Assembly: GCA_013151835.1 (NCBI GenBank)
Contig: JAADHK010000044.1
Coordinates: forward strand, 11,447 to 75,446
DNA: 64,000 nucleotides
Direction: 5' to 3'
Origin: Deltaproteobacteria bacterium
GTDB lineage: Bacteria; Desulfobacterota; Desulfobacteria; Desulfobacterales; Desulfosalsimonadaceae
Shown here: positions 51,867-61,087 of the stretch, one piece after another
How the letters are laid out: each line of letters starts with the position of its first letter
Numbering within the stretch: the first letter of the stretch is position 1
Position numbers and translations under genes: made by a program
The notes under the pieces: model-generated
What the model was told of the DNA's origin: nothing
The model's input: only the letters and a program-made list of their open reading frames with translations
Databases searched by the model: none

Positions 51867-53368
51867 CCTCTCCTCCCTGTGACCCTTTGGGCCGTCATTT
51901 CTATTGCTTTTTGTACTGACATGGCCTTGTTTATGGTTTCAATCCGCTCCGACTCCGGGTCTGAATCATAGACGATACCGGCTCCGGCGCGGACCATAAG
52001 CCTTTTGTTTTCAATGCAGGCCGTGCGTATGGTGATGGCAAGGTCCATGTTGCCGTCAAATGAAACATAGCCCACGGCGCCTCCATATGGCCCTCGGGGA
52101 AACTCCTCAAGGCCCGCTATTATCTCCATGGCCCTGACTTTTGGCGCGCCTGAAAGTGTCCCTGCCGGAAATGTTGCCGCAAGCAGATCCCAGGCGTCGA
52201 GCCCGGTTTTGATGTCACATCGAATATTTGAAACAAGGTGCATGACATGGGAATAACGTTCTACCACCATCAGGTCGGTGACTTGGACCGTACCTGTTTC
52301 GGCCACGCGGCCCAGGTCGTTTCTTCCGAGATCCACCAGCATAAGGTGTTCGGCCCTTTCCTTTTCATCCGCCAGAAGATCGTTTGCAAGGTGCAGGTCT
52401 TTTTGTTCGGAATCCCCCCTGGGCCGGGTGCCGGCAATGGGCCTGAGAGTCGCGGTTCCGTGTTCGAGCCTCACCATTGTTTCAGGCGATGATCCCACGA
52501 GCACCATGTCGTCGATGTGCATGAAAAACATGTAGGGAGAAGGATTAATATAGCGCTGTGCCCGGTAGAGGGTGAGCGGGTCGATCGGCGCGTCGCAGAC
52601 AAACGGCTGGGATATGACCGCCTGGATCACATCACCCGCGATTATGTGTTTTTTCACGGTTTCGACTTTTTTGCGAAAATTGTCCGGCGTTGTGAGCGGC
52701 GTCAGTTCAAGCCCTGTGTTGACGCCTTTTTTAAAGGACGGCTCATCAATTTTGACCGGCTCACGGATGCGGCGGGTCATCTTCCGTATTCTCTCAACGG
52801 CATTCTCATAGGCCAAGAGTGCGTCGGGCTCGTCTTTTTTAAAACAGATGGCGACCATCATCAGCGTGTTTCTAATATTGTCAAATATCATGATCGAGTC
52901 GGGAAGGATCAGGCGGATGATCGGAGACTTTTTATCGAGCCTGTTTTCAATCCTTTCAAAAAAGGATATTGTCTCATAGGTGAAATATCCAACGAGCCCG
53001 CCCCAGAACCGGGGAAGGCCGGGCAGCTCCGGTGCGTTAAATCCGGACATAAAGGCGCGGATAACATCGAGCGGTTTATTGTCATGCTCTATTTTTTCAG
53101 TTTCTCCGTTTGTAACTATTTCAACATGAGTTTGAAAAACGCTGATGTGCGATCGCGCCGATGTTGAGACAAAGCTGTATCTTCCCCACCTTTCGCCGCC
53201 TTCCACGCTTTCAAAAAGAAACGCAGGGCCTTTTTGCGGGTATGTTTTAAACAGCACGGAGACAGGGGTTTCCATGTCGGCCAGAATTTCGTGACAGACC
53301 GGAACTACGCTGTGCGTTTCATATAACCGCATAAATTCTTTTTTGTCCGGAAAGTTTCGGATCAGCAT
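51863..53368 (-). CDS. trpE: anthranilate synthase component I
   Basis: Chorismate-binding family motifs (GGAVGYVSFDGNMDLAITIRT, GAGIVYDSDPESE). Overlaps the trpG start. Confidence 0.93.
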   Translation of the reverse strand: MLIRNFPDKKEFMRLYETHSVVPVCHEILADMETPVSVLFKTYPQKGPAFLFESVEGGERWGRYSFVSTSARSHISVFQTHVEIVTNGETEKIEHDNKPLDVIRAFMSGFNAPELPGLPRFWGGLVGYFTYETISFFERIENRLDKKSPIIRLILPDSIMIFDNIRNTLMMVAICFKKDEPDALLAYENAVERIRKMTRRIREPVKIDEPSFKKGVNTGLELTPLTTPDNFRKKVETVKKHIIAGDVIQAVISQPFVCDAPIDPLTLYRAQRYINPSPYMFFMHIDDMVLVGSSPETMVRLEHGTATLRPIAGTRPRGDSEQKDLHLANDLLADEKERAEHLMLVDLGRNDLGRVAETGTVQVTDLMVVERYSHVMHLVSNIRCDIKTGLDAWDLLAATFPAGTLSGAPKVRAMEIIAGLEEFPRGPYGGAVGYVSFDGNMDLAITIRTACIENKRLMVRAGAGIVYDSDPESERIETINKAMSVQKAIEMTAQRVTGRRG

Positions 53369-53395
53369 TTTTATGTTCCTTTTAATGACGCCATC

Positions 53396-53428
53396 AATAA
53401 AAAAGGCCCCGGGATAACTCCCGCGGCC
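53396..53428 (-). terminator. intrinsic terminator 2 of the trp attenuator
   Basis: On the minus strand: GGCCGCGGG-agttat-CCCGGGGCC (one mismatch) followed by UUUUUUAUU. It lies 28 nt upstream of the trpE ATG. Confidence 0.65.
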
Positions 53429-53442
53429 TTTTAATGTATGGT

Positions 53443-53477
53443 AAAAAAAAGACCGTGGGTTTTGCCCGCCCGCGGTC
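53443..53477 (-). terminator. intrinsic terminator 1 of the trp attenuator
   Basis: On the minus strand: GACCGCGGG, a 9-nt loop, CCCACGGUC (one mismatch) followed by eight U residues. Confidence 0.7.
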
Positions 53478-53506
53478 TTTATATCAGCAAGTTTTACAAC
53501 TGGCTG

Positions 53507-53590
53507 TTATCCGTCGGCAGACCCGGATTTGCGGCTCTGCCACCACCAGTTTTGAAGTTTTGTCTTAGTTTGTATGCTCAAAGTTTTCAT
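53507..53590 (-). CDS. Trp leader peptide (27 aa, three consecutive Trp codons)
   Basis: Minus strand ATG at 53590. Translation is MKTLSIQTKTKLQNWWWQSRKSGSADG-stop, with TGGTGGTGG at 53540-53548. It lies directly upstream of two terminators and trpE. Too short for the ORF track. Confidence 0.75.
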   Translation of the reverse strand: MKTLSIQTKTKLQNWWWQSRKSGSADG

Positions 53591-53639
53591 ATTTTGCCTT
53601 TATTGCCTTTACAAATTCTTATCGCCAATCGCTTGCAAA

Positions 53640-53645
53640 TGTCAA
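53640..53645 (-). promoter_or_regulatory. -35 element candidate (TTGACA) for the trp leader transcript
   Basis: A perfect TTGACA on the minus strand, about 45 nt upstream of the leader ATG. Only a weak -10 (ATAAGA/TAAGAA) follows at 17-18 nt. Confidence 0.35.
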
Positions 53646-53668
53646 GATGTTTTTACGAGTTCTGACAT

Positions 53669-53811
53669 CCGACATACTGCAATGTGGCCTTGATTATCGT
53701 TTCGGCCAATATCCGGTTTTTGTAGGGGCAACCCCCTGTGGTTGCCCTATGATCAGGGTAAGCTTACCCCTACAGGATGGCCGAAACGATGATCAAGGCC
53801 TGCAATGTCGG
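53669..53811. repeat. composite palindromic element: ~35-bp inverted arms flanking REP-like doublet C3
   Basis: The arms are CCGACATACTGCAATGTGGCCTTGATTATCGTTTCGGCC (53669-53707) and GGCCGAAACGATGATCAAGGCCTGCAATGTCGG (53779-53811). The interior holds GTAG-GGGCAACC-CCCTGT-GGTTGCCC (53722-53747) and GGGTAAGCTTACCC-CTAC (53756-53773). Confidence 0.75.
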
Positions 53812-54005
53812 TATTAATGAATGAACGAAAAAAGAAGTGTGCAGAATATGCGTTGATCAAAAGATTAATTGTCATTATCCTATGTTCCGTGTTAACCCTG
53901 ATTGCACCGATTCAGGCCAGCGCCGGACCCGGTTTTTTTGTGCGGTGTGCTTGGGCCTTCTTTTATCAGGTTAACCATAAAATCAAAACAGGGAATAAGC
54001 AGACA

Positions 54006-54317
54006 ATGAACGATGACCTGTTGGCCGATATAATTTTGCAAGACAGAATAGAATGGTCTGTACATGCTCTAAAGAGAATGCTGGAAAAGGGGATCAGCAG
54101 AGCATCTGTGAAACATATCATTTGTACGGGAGAGATAATTGAGAATTATCCTGATGACAAGCCTTTTCCGAGCGGATTATTTCACGGAATATGGCAAAAT
54201 CAGCCATTGCATGCAGTTATTGCCTATGATCTTGTCGGGCGAAAGATATTCCTAATCACAGCTTATTGGCCGGATGGAGAACACTTTGAAAAAGACTTTA
54301 AAACCAGGAGGGGATAA
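54006..54317 (+). CDS. DUF4258-family toxin-like protein
   Basis: WSVHALKRMLEKGISRASVKHIICTGEIIENYPDDKPFPSGLF...PLHAVIAY...IFLITAYWPD matches the DUF4258 pattern. The ATG at 54006 is preferred; the ORF opens at 53805, inside the palindromic repeat. Confidence 0.7.
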   Translation: MNDDLLADIILQDRIEWSVHALKRMLEKGISRASVKHIICTGEIIENYPDDKPFPSGLFHGIWQNQPLHAVIAYDLVGRKIFLITAYWPDGEHFEKDFKTRRG

Positions 54318-54559
54318 TGAGTTCATCCAAGAATATTTGTCCACTGTGTGGAGGCCTTAAAAAAAATGGAACCACAACATTCACGGCAGATATGGAAGAT
54401 ACTCTGGTGGTAATCAGGAATGTGCCGGCAACACTTTGCTCATTATGCGGGAATGAGTGGCTTTCTGACGAAGTAGCCGCAAATGTTGAACGTATAGTGG
54501 AAGAAGCTAAAAGTATACATCGTCAGGTGGAAGTAACCCGATATCGCAAAGTGGCATAA
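54317..54559 (+). CDS. YgiT-type zinc-finger antitoxin-like protein (MqsA N-domain type, no HTH)
   Basis: CPLCGG...(31 aa)...CSLCGNEW. 80 aa. Its start overlaps the toxin stop (TAATG). Confidence 0.7.
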   Translation: MSSSKNICPLCGGLKKNGTTTFTADMEDTLVVIRNVPATLCSLCGNEWLSDEVAANVERIVEEAKSIHRQVEVTRYRKVA

Positions 54560-54560
54560 G

Positions 54561-54610
54561 CCCCCGGATGACCCCCGGATGACCCCCTTATGACCAGGGA
54601 TGACCAGAGC
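54561..54610 (+). repeat. four to five tandem ~11-bp repeats (CCCGGATGACC-like)
   Basis: CCCCCGGATGA CCCCCGGATGA CCCCCTTATGA CCAGGGATGA CCAGAGC, located between the antitoxin stop and the cinA start. Confidence 0.7.
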
Positions 54611-54677
54611 TGAATTAACAAAGGCGGGGTTTCTCCCCGACCTTATCCATATGCGTTTCAAGGAAGGGGGCTGTAAC

Positions 54678-55943
54678 ATGATCGCAGAAATTCTTTCAAC
54701 AGGAGATGAGGTTTGCTCGGGCGCGGTGATTGACAGCAACGCCGCGTTTATCGCCGATCATCTGGCACGGGCAGGTGTGCGCGTGGCCCGGCATACCTGC
54801 GTTGGAGACGATTTAAAAGAGATTTGCGATGCGGTTTCACAAATCGCTGGCAGGGCGGATATCGTTGTGGCAACCGGGGGTCTCGGCCCCACCATGGATG
54901 ATCTTACCTCAGAGGCTGTGGCCATGGCAGCCGGAGCGCCTCTTGTGGAAGACCAAAAGGCCCTCGAATCGATCAAGGCTATTTTTACCCGATTTTCAAA
55001 GAGTATGACCGAATCCGACGCAAAGCAGGCCATGCTCCCCAAAGGCGCGCGTCCCATCATAAACGACGCGGGCACGGCCCCGGGATTTTTACTTAAAATT
55101 TCTAAATGCTCTTTTTTCTTCCTCCCCGGAGTGCCCCGTGAAATGGAGAGGATGTTGATCCGGTCGGTAATTCCCATGATCGAATCGGAATGCCTTTCCG
55201 ATTTTTCACGACAGGTTTCGATGCAGAGGATTTTTTCGCTGTTCGGCATCCCGGAAGCCGAGGTGAACGGCCGGATTAAAGACCTTGAAAATAAATTTAA
55301 AGGCATTAAGATCGGCATGATCGCGCGCTTTCCTGTAATCTATGTCAAGCTGACCGGATCGGGTGAGGATGAAAGGGCGACAAACCAGGCACTTGAAGAG
55401 TCCGGCAGGGCCGTGCTCGAAAGGCTTGGCAAATGGATATTTTCGGAAAAAGGCGAGACCATGGAAGCCGTTGTCGGCCGACTGCTTCGAAAATCAGGTG
55501 CAACGCTCGGCGTGGCTGAAAGCTGTACCGGCGGGCTTATCGCCGACCGGGTTACCAATATCGCCGGAAGCTCGGACTATTTTCTTTTTTCCGCCGTAAC
55601 CTATGCCAATAGCGCAAAAACAGGTATACTCGGAGTCGATCCTGGCATAATAGAAAAATACGGTGCCGTTTCAGAAGAGACGACCCGGGCAATGGCATCC
55701 GGCGTGCTGAGTATTTGCAATGCTGATTTCGGCATAGCCGTAAGTGGTATTGCCGGGCCCGGCGGAGGATCGGACGATAAACCGGTGGGCACATTGTGTG
55801 TTGGGCTTGCAACATCTGAAAAGACAATCTCAAAAAAATTCTGGTTTCCATTTCCAGCCCGCCTTGCTAATAAACGGATTTTTTCGGAAACGGCGCTCGA
55901 TATGTTGAGGCGGGAGCTTTTACACTCTGATCCAGGGAATTAA
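54678..55943 (+). CDS. cinA: CinA-family protein (MoCF-binding domain + nicotinamide-nucleotide amidase PncC domain)
   Basis: MIAEILSTGDEV N-terminus and the C-terminal ESCTGGL motif. AAGGAAGGGGG RBS before the ATG at 54678; the ORF opens at 54600. Confidence 0.88.
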   Translation: MIAEILSTGDEVCSGAVIDSNAAFIADHLARAGVRVARHTCVGDDLKEICDAVSQIAGRADIVVATGGLGPTMDDLTSEAVAMAAGAPLVEDQKALESIKAIFTRFSKSMTESDAKQAMLPKGARPIINDAGTAPGFLLKISKCSFFFLPGVPREMERMLIRSVIPMIESECLSDFSRQVSMQRIFSLFGIPEAEVNGRIKDLENKFKGIKIGMIARFPVIYVKLTGSGEDERATNQALEESGRAVLERLGKWIFSEKGETMEAVVGRLLRKSGATLGVAESCTGGLIADRVTNIAGSSDYFLFSAVTYANSAKTGILGVDPGIIEKYGAVSEETTRAMASGVLSICNADFGIAVSGIAGPGGGSDDKPVGTLCVGLATSEKTISKKFWFPFPARLANKRIFSETALDMLRRELLHSDPGN

Positions 55944-55944
55944 C

Positions 55945-56877
55945 ATGCATTTTGTGGTGGCCGACATAGATGTTGCGATTTGGGTGCCCCCGGTGACGGC
56001 GTTCTGCATTTCTTTTTTCACGTCAATGGGAGGAGTATCGGGAGCCTTTCTCCTGCTCCCTTTTCAGGTAAGCGTCCTAGGCTTTTCCTCGCCGTCAGTG
56101 AGCGCAACCAACCAGCTTTACAATATTGTTGCCATACCCGGCGGGGTTTTTCGGTATTTCAGGGAAGGAAGGATGGTATGGCCCCTCACGGCCGCAGTGG
56201 TCGTGGGCACTTTGCCGGGTGTGGTCACCGGCACGCTGATTCGGGTGAAATATCTGCCTGATCCCCGTAGTTTCAAGCTTTTTGTGGCTGTTGTATTGTT
56301 TTATATCGGCGGCACTTTGGTCAAAGACCTGGTCTGGCCTAAGAGCAAGGGCGCAGGGCCGGTTTTCAAAAAACAGGGCCGCCCGGATTTATCAAAATCG
56401 GATTTATCAAAAAAGGAGGCTTGCACAGGCGCAGGGCTGATCATGCGGAATTGCGGTTTGTTTCATATCAGTTTTGATTTTAACGGCAAAACTTTTGATG
56501 TCCGCACGCCGACAATTATGCTATTGTGCCTGATCGTTGGAATCATAGGGGGGATATACGGTATCGGCGGCGGTTCCATCGTGGCCCCGTTTTTTGTGAC
56601 GATTTTCGGACTTCCGGTTTATGTTATCGCAGGCCCGGCATTGATGGGCACTTTTGTGACATCCGTGGCAAGCGTTATCACGTACCAGGTTATAGCGCCA
56701 TATTACCCCGGCATGGCCGTGGCGCCCGACTGGCTGCTGGGCCTGCTGTTTGGTGTGGGAGGGTTTGCCGGTATTTACTGCGGTGCGCGCATGCAGAAGT
56801 TTGTGCCTGCAAAAGCAATTAAGTGGGTTCTCGCATTTTGCGTTTTCGTGCCGGCAATCCGGTACGTCCTCGGGTAA
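55945..56877 (+). CDS. TauE/SafE (DUF81) family anion exporter-like membrane protein
   Basis: Polytopic membrane protein with duplicated halves and GGxxG-rich helices (IIGGIYGIGGGSIVAP). Confidence 0.75.
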   Translation: MHFVVADIDVAIWVPPVTAFCISFFTSMGGVSGAFLLLPFQVSVLGFSSPSVSATNQLYNIVAIPGGVFRYFREGRMVWPLTAAVVVGTLPGVVTGTLIRVKYLPDPRSFKLFVAVVLFYIGGTLVKDLVWPKSKGAGPVFKKQGRPDLSKSDLSKKEACTGAGLIMRNCGLFHISFDFNGKTFDVRTPTIMLLCLIVGIIGGIYGIGGGSIVAPFFVTIFGLPVYVIAGPALMGTFVTSVASVITYQVIAPYYPGMAVAPDWLLGLLFGVGGFAGIYCGARMQKFVPAKAIKWVLAFCVFVPAIRYVLG

Positions 56878-56931
56878 AGGCGAGCCTTGTGTGGGTGTTT
56901 AGTTGCATTTCATCATTTCAGGAGGAGAAAC

Positions 56932-58398
56932 ATGCTTAAAATCAGCAGAAAAGATATTGCAGCCGTAAAAACCGACATGGCTGTTTTATTCGTGAGTGAG
57001 AATAAATCGCTATATAAGGGCTCCGCGACTGCGGACCTTGTTAAGCGGGCAAAGACCTATCCGGAATTTGACGGCAAGGCCGGATCGGAACTTCTCTTTT
57101 ATGATATTTCCGGGGTCGCGGCCGGACGCGTGCTTTTTTGCGGTCTTGGCAAGGCAAAAGATATTAACTCGGAAAGCCTCCGGGCCGCAGCGGGCCGTGC
57201 GGTTAAAAAAGGGATCGGGATGAAGCTTTCAAGCATCGCCCTCTGCGTGCCCGAAGTCGATCTACCTGATCCCGAAGAACTGCCTTCCGCCGGGCCGGTC
57301 ATGGAAGGCGCCTGTCTTGCGAACCATTGCTTTGATCATTATCGTGGAAAAAAGGAACAAAAGCCCTTTAAGAAAATAGTGATTTGCGGGGATTCCGGGG
57401 CAGGTGTTATTGACGATCTTGCAAGCCGGATTTCACTGATCTGCAAGGGAACGCTTCTTGCCCGCGAATGGGTCTCCATGCCTTCAAACGACAAGAGACC
57501 GGACCTGTTCGCACGTTCCATCGTCAAGGCATCCGCAAAAGAAGAGCTTAAAGCCGTGGTGATGGACGACCGGGACATGAAGAAAAACGGCATGCATGCG
57601 ATCCTGGCCGTGGGTGCCGGAAGCAGCCGGAGACCTAAAATGGTGGTGCTCGAATATAGCCCCAAGTCCTGGAATAAGAGCGTCGTACTCGTGGGTAAGG
57701 GGGTGACCTTTGATTCCGGGGGAATTAACCTGAAACCCTCGTCGGGCATATCAGAGATGAAAATGGATATGGCCGGAGCCGCAGCGGTGGCGGCAACCGT
57801 AATCACTGCGGCCCGGCTCAATTACGGGTGCAGGATAACCGGAGTTATGCCCATAGTTGAAAACATGCCCTCCGGCGATGCCACCCGGCCGGGAGATATT
57901 GTAAAAACTTACAGTAAAAAGACAGTGGAGATCGACAACACGGACGCCGAGGGCCGCCTCATACTTGCAGATGCATTGAGCTATGCGGAAAAAGAGTATA
58001 AACCGGATATGATCATCGATATGGCGACCCTTACGGGGGCCTGCGTGGTGGCCCTGGGTGAAAAGTTAGCCGGTGTCTTTTCCCCGGATGAAGACTTGTC
58101 CGCCGGTATTGTCGATTCATCCAAAAGGACCCATGAACGCTGCTGGAACATGCCGCTTCCCGAAGACTATAAAAAACTCTTGAAAAGCGATTTTGCGGAC
58201 ATTAAAAACGTAAGCAGCACCCGCTGGGGCGGGGCCATAACCGCCGCGCTCTTTTTGTCCGAGTTCGTGAAGACAAAAAAATGGTGCCATATTGATATCG
58301 CCGGTCCCGCATATGCCGCAAAAGGCGGAGATTATGCAGGCCCCGGGGGAACCGGGTTCGGGGTCAGGCTGCTGCTGGATTTTCTTGAGGGGGTATAA
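56932..58398 (+). CDS. pepA: leucyl aminopeptidase (M17)
   Basis: [11 protein letters not shown] and NTDAEGRL motifs. GGAGGAG RBS before the ATG at 56932. Confidence 0.92.
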   Translation: MLKISRKDIAAVKTDMAVLFVSENKSLYKGSATADLVKRAKTYPEFDGKAGSELLFYDISGVAAGRVLFCGLGKAKDINSESLRAAAGRAVKKGIGMKLSSIALCVPEVDLPDPEELPSAGPVMEGACLANHCFDHYRGKKEQKPFKKIVICGDSGAGVIDDLASRISLICKGTLLAREWVSMPSNDKRPDLFARSIVKASAKEELKAVVMDDRDMKKNGMHAILAVGAGSSRRPKMVVLEYSPKSWNKSVVLVGKGVTFDSGGINLKPSSGISEMKMDMAGAAAVAATVITAARLNYGCRITGVMPIVENMPSGDATRPGDIVKTYSKKTVEIDNTDAEGRLILADALSYAEKEYKPDMIIDMATLTGACVVALGEKLAGVFSPDEDLSAGIVDSSKRTHERCWNMPLPEDYKKLLKSDFADIKNVSSTRWGGAITAALFLSEFVKTKKWCHIDIAGPAYAAKGGDYAGPGGTGFGVRLLLDFLEGV

Positions 58399-58399
58399 A

Positions 58400-59410
58400 T
58401 TGAAAAACATACTTATCACCGGCGCGGCCGGATTTATCGGGTTTCATCTTGCGCGCCGGCTATCGGGCAATGGATGCAATGTGGTCGGGATAGATAATTT
58501 AAACCCTTATTATGACGTGAATCTGAAAAAAAACCGCCTGAAAATTCTTGAAACCATGCCCGGGTTTTCTTTTGTTAATCTGGACATCAGCGACCGGCAG
58601 GCCCTTCCCGCCCTTTTTGAAGATCACAGGTTTGATGCGGTCGTGAACCTTGCGGCCCAGGCCGGAGTGAGATATTCCCTGAAAAACCCCCATGCCTATG
58701 TGGATTCCAACCTTGTGGGGTTTGTGAACATCCTGGAATGCTGCCGTCACAATGATGTGCGGCACCTGGTGTTTGCATCTTCAAGTTCGGTTTACGGCGC
58801 CAACACGAAAATGCCCTTTTCAGTTCACCACAACGTGGATCACCCGGTATCGCTTTACGCCGCCAGCAAAAAGGCCAATGAACTCATGGCCCATAGCTAT
58901 AGTCACCTGTATGGCCTTCCCTGCACAGGACTGCGCTTTTTTACGGTCTACGGTCCCTGGGGCAGACCGGACATGGCCCTTTTCCTGTTTGCGAAAGCCA
59001 TTCTTGAAGGAAAGCCCATAAGCATCTTTAATAATGGTGATATGCTGCGTGATTTTACGTATATCGACGACATCGTTGAAGGGGTATGCCGGGTGATCGA
59101 AAAGATACCCGAGCCCGATCCGGACTGGTCCGGCGATACTCCTGATTCCGGCACTTCCTATGCGCCTTACCGGATATACAACATCGGCAATAACAACCCG
59201 GTCCCTTTGATGGATTTCATAGGGGCCATCGAGGATGCATTAGGAAAAAAAGCGGAAAAAGAGTTTTTGCCGCTCCAGCCCGGGGATGTGAAAGCAACCT
59301 ATGCCGACATCGACGCCCTGTATGACGCTGTTGGCTTCAGGCCGGAAACGCCCATTTCCGAGGGGATAAAAAGATTCATCAAATGGTATCGGGATTATTT
59401 CAAGTGCTGA
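58400..59410 (+). CDS. NAD-dependent epimerase (UDP-glucuronate 4-epimerase-like extended SDR)
   Basis: [14 protein letters not shown] and YAASK catalytic motifs. TTG start at 58400 with GAGGGGG upstream. The ORF-track opening at 58292 overlaps pepA and is rejected. Confidence 0.85.
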   Translation: MKNILITGAAGFIGFHLARRLSGNGCNVVGIDNLNPYYDVNLKKNRLKILETMPGFSFVNLDISDRQALPALFEDHRFDAVVNLAAQAGVRYSLKNPHAYVDSNLVGFVNILECCRHNDVRHLVFASSSSVYGANTKMPFSVHHNVDHPVSLYAASKKANELMAHSYSHLYGLPCTGLRFFTVYGPWGRPDMALFLFAKAILEGKPISIFNNGDMLRDFTYIDDIVEGVCRVIEKIPEPDPDWSGDTPDSGTSYAPYRIYNIGNNNPVPLMDFIGAIEDALGKKAEKEFLPLQPGDVKATYADIDALYDAVGFRPETPISEGIKRFIKWYRDYFKC

Positions 59411-59482
59411 AGGGGAGGGCAATGGTCCATGGCCTATTCAAAATCCTTTTCTCAGCATAACAGACCAGGGTGGTTTTTGTGC

Positions 59483-60052
59483 ATGGAGCGGATTGCGTTT
59501 ATAATTCCGGTCTTTTTTCTCTTTGCATCAGGATGTTCGGTGAATGAGAAGCCCGTTTTAAGGGTGATAAATGAAAACACCCTTATCCAGTGCCCGGATT
59601 CCAAGCGCCTTGCCGAGGACATGCTATCCGCGGTGAACCGGGCCAGGCAAGGAATCCACAGATGCGGCAACAGGCTTTTTTCACCTCCCGGACCGGTGAT
59701 ATGGAGCGATCGTTTGTCTCAAGCTGCACTCAGACACGCCCGGGATATGGCGAAAAACGATTTTTTTGATCACCTCGGATCAGACGGGTCGGATGTGGGC
59801 GTGCGGGCAAATGCAGCCGGGTTTTCCTGGCGTATTGTTTCTGAAAATATATCAGCCGGGTTTGAAAGCCCCGAAGCGGTTGTGGAAGACTGGCTCCAAA
59901 GCCCTCCCCATTGCGCAAACCTCATGAACCCCACGATAACAGCCATCGGCGCTGCCTGCGCAAGGAATCGCAAATCCTTCTACGGCACGTATTGGGTGCT
60001 GATTATGGCCCTGCCGCATACTAAAGGTGATCGGCGATCCCGGAGCCAGTGA
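59483..60052 (+). CDS. CAP/SCP/PR1-like domain lipoprotein
   Basis: Lipobox FFLFASGCS and a CAP domain pattern (HARDMAKNDFFDHLGSDG, ENISAG, WLQSPPHCANLMNP). Confidence 0.8.
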   Translation: MERIAFIIPVFFLFASGCSVNEKPVLRVINENTLIQCPDSKRLAEDMLSAVNRARQGIHRCGNRLFSPPGPVIWSDRLSQAALRHARDMAKNDFFDHLGSDGSDVGVRANAAGFSWRIVSENISAGFESPEAVVEDWLQSPPHCANLMNPTITAIGAACARNRKSFYGTYWVLIMALPHTKGDRRSRSQ

Positions 60053-60414
60053 TTTTCGAGAATGCTTTTGGGTGGCTTGCCGCTTATAAGTCAAGAATGT
60101 AACAGATATTCAGCAGCCTAGCGGTAAAAATGAGGCGTGTACATAGATGGCCGGAGTGTTCAATGAGTTCTATGAAGTAAAAACCAAAATTGACGAGTCG
60201 GCTTGAAGTGTATGAATTAGGGCGAAAAAAGAGTGTTTGAACGTTGTTAAATTTTTCGTTTTAAATCTATAGTTTTATAAATTATTGATAATACATAATT
60301 TATGTATATTTTGATTGTTTTGCCCATTTTTGATAATATCCATCAACATCTCGATTTCCGGAACAAAAAAAGTCGGCTATTGAATAACCAATTTATGCAT
60401 CATCCTGAAGCGAT

Positions 60415-60798
60415 ATGAACAAAATAGTTAAGTACATAGGATATTCTGTAGGTACCGCCTTTCTTGTATTCTTGCTTCTTTTGTTCTTTAATCCATTGCG
60501 TCGCCCAGATGCTATGGTGAAGAGCTGGCTCCTTGATATGACCCCAGTCGGGAATAGCATTTCACAAGTTGAAAATATAATCCGGGATAATGGTTGGGAG
60601 AGTCAGGGAATTGACAGAACAACGGGGTATCCATCAGAAGTCGACTATCTGAACAAAGTCGGTAGCTCGTCGATTCGAGCTAGTCTTGGAGACTACCAAG
60701 GAATTCCATTAAAATGCAATGTAACTGCCTTTTGGGGATTTGACGAGAACGGCACGCTGGTGGATATCCGGGTGTGGAGAACTCGAGACGGAATATGA
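60415..60798 (+). CDS. hypothetical N-terminally anchored small protein (orphan, in a low-GC segment)
   Basis: 127-aa ORF with one N-terminal TM helix (VGTAFLVFLLLLFF). I recognise no family. Confidence 0.45.
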   Translation: MNKIVKYIGYSVGTAFLVFLLLLFFNPLRRPDAMVKSWLLDMTPVGNSISQVENIIRDNGWESQGIDRTTGYPSEVDYLNKVGSSSIRASLGDYQGIPLKCNVTAFWGFDENGTLVDIRVWRTRDGI

Positions 60799-60886
60799 TG
60801 CATAACCCTGCTAATTCTCGTGCCGACGCAAAAAGCAGCGCGGCTGATTAGCAACGTTCTTAGAAGAAACAAACGGGGAGTTTCAT

Positions 60887-61087
60887 GTGCAAGGACTGAA
60901 TTTACGATATGTGGTTGCCATAATTACCATTTTCTTCACCCTACCCGGTATTGCCGGAATCTCCTCGACTGAGGGAACCAAAGTCGGAGAGGCACCTCTG
61001 TCGCAAAGGATTGAGGTTACTGGCATTGACATCAAAGAGGCGCGACAGTTTTGCGACAAACTTAATGTAATGGGTGTCAAATCTTGA
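60887..61087 (+). CDS. hypothetical small secreted protein (orphan)
   Basis: 66-aa ORF with a GTG start after GGGGAG and a signal-like N-terminus (VVAIITIFFTLPGIAG). Weak support. Confidence 0.3.
   Translation: MQGLNLRYVVAIITIFFTLPGIAGISSTEGTKVGEAPLSQRIEVTGIDIKEARQFCDKLNVMGVKS

Noticed and set aside
53438-53665. 75-aa plus-strand ORF in the trpE upstream region.
   Set aside because: It covers the two attenuator terminators and the antisense of the WWW leader peptide. It has no RBS, and the region is better explained by the minus-strand leader/attenuator.
60801-60860. Integron attC-like imperfect hairpin (TGCTAAT...GCCGaCGC...GCGCGGC...ATTAGCA) after a small orphan ORF.
   Set aside because: No RYYYAAC/GTTRRRY core sites at the ends, no integrase or attI nearby, and no second cassette with a comparable site. 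More likely a simple transcript-end hairpin.
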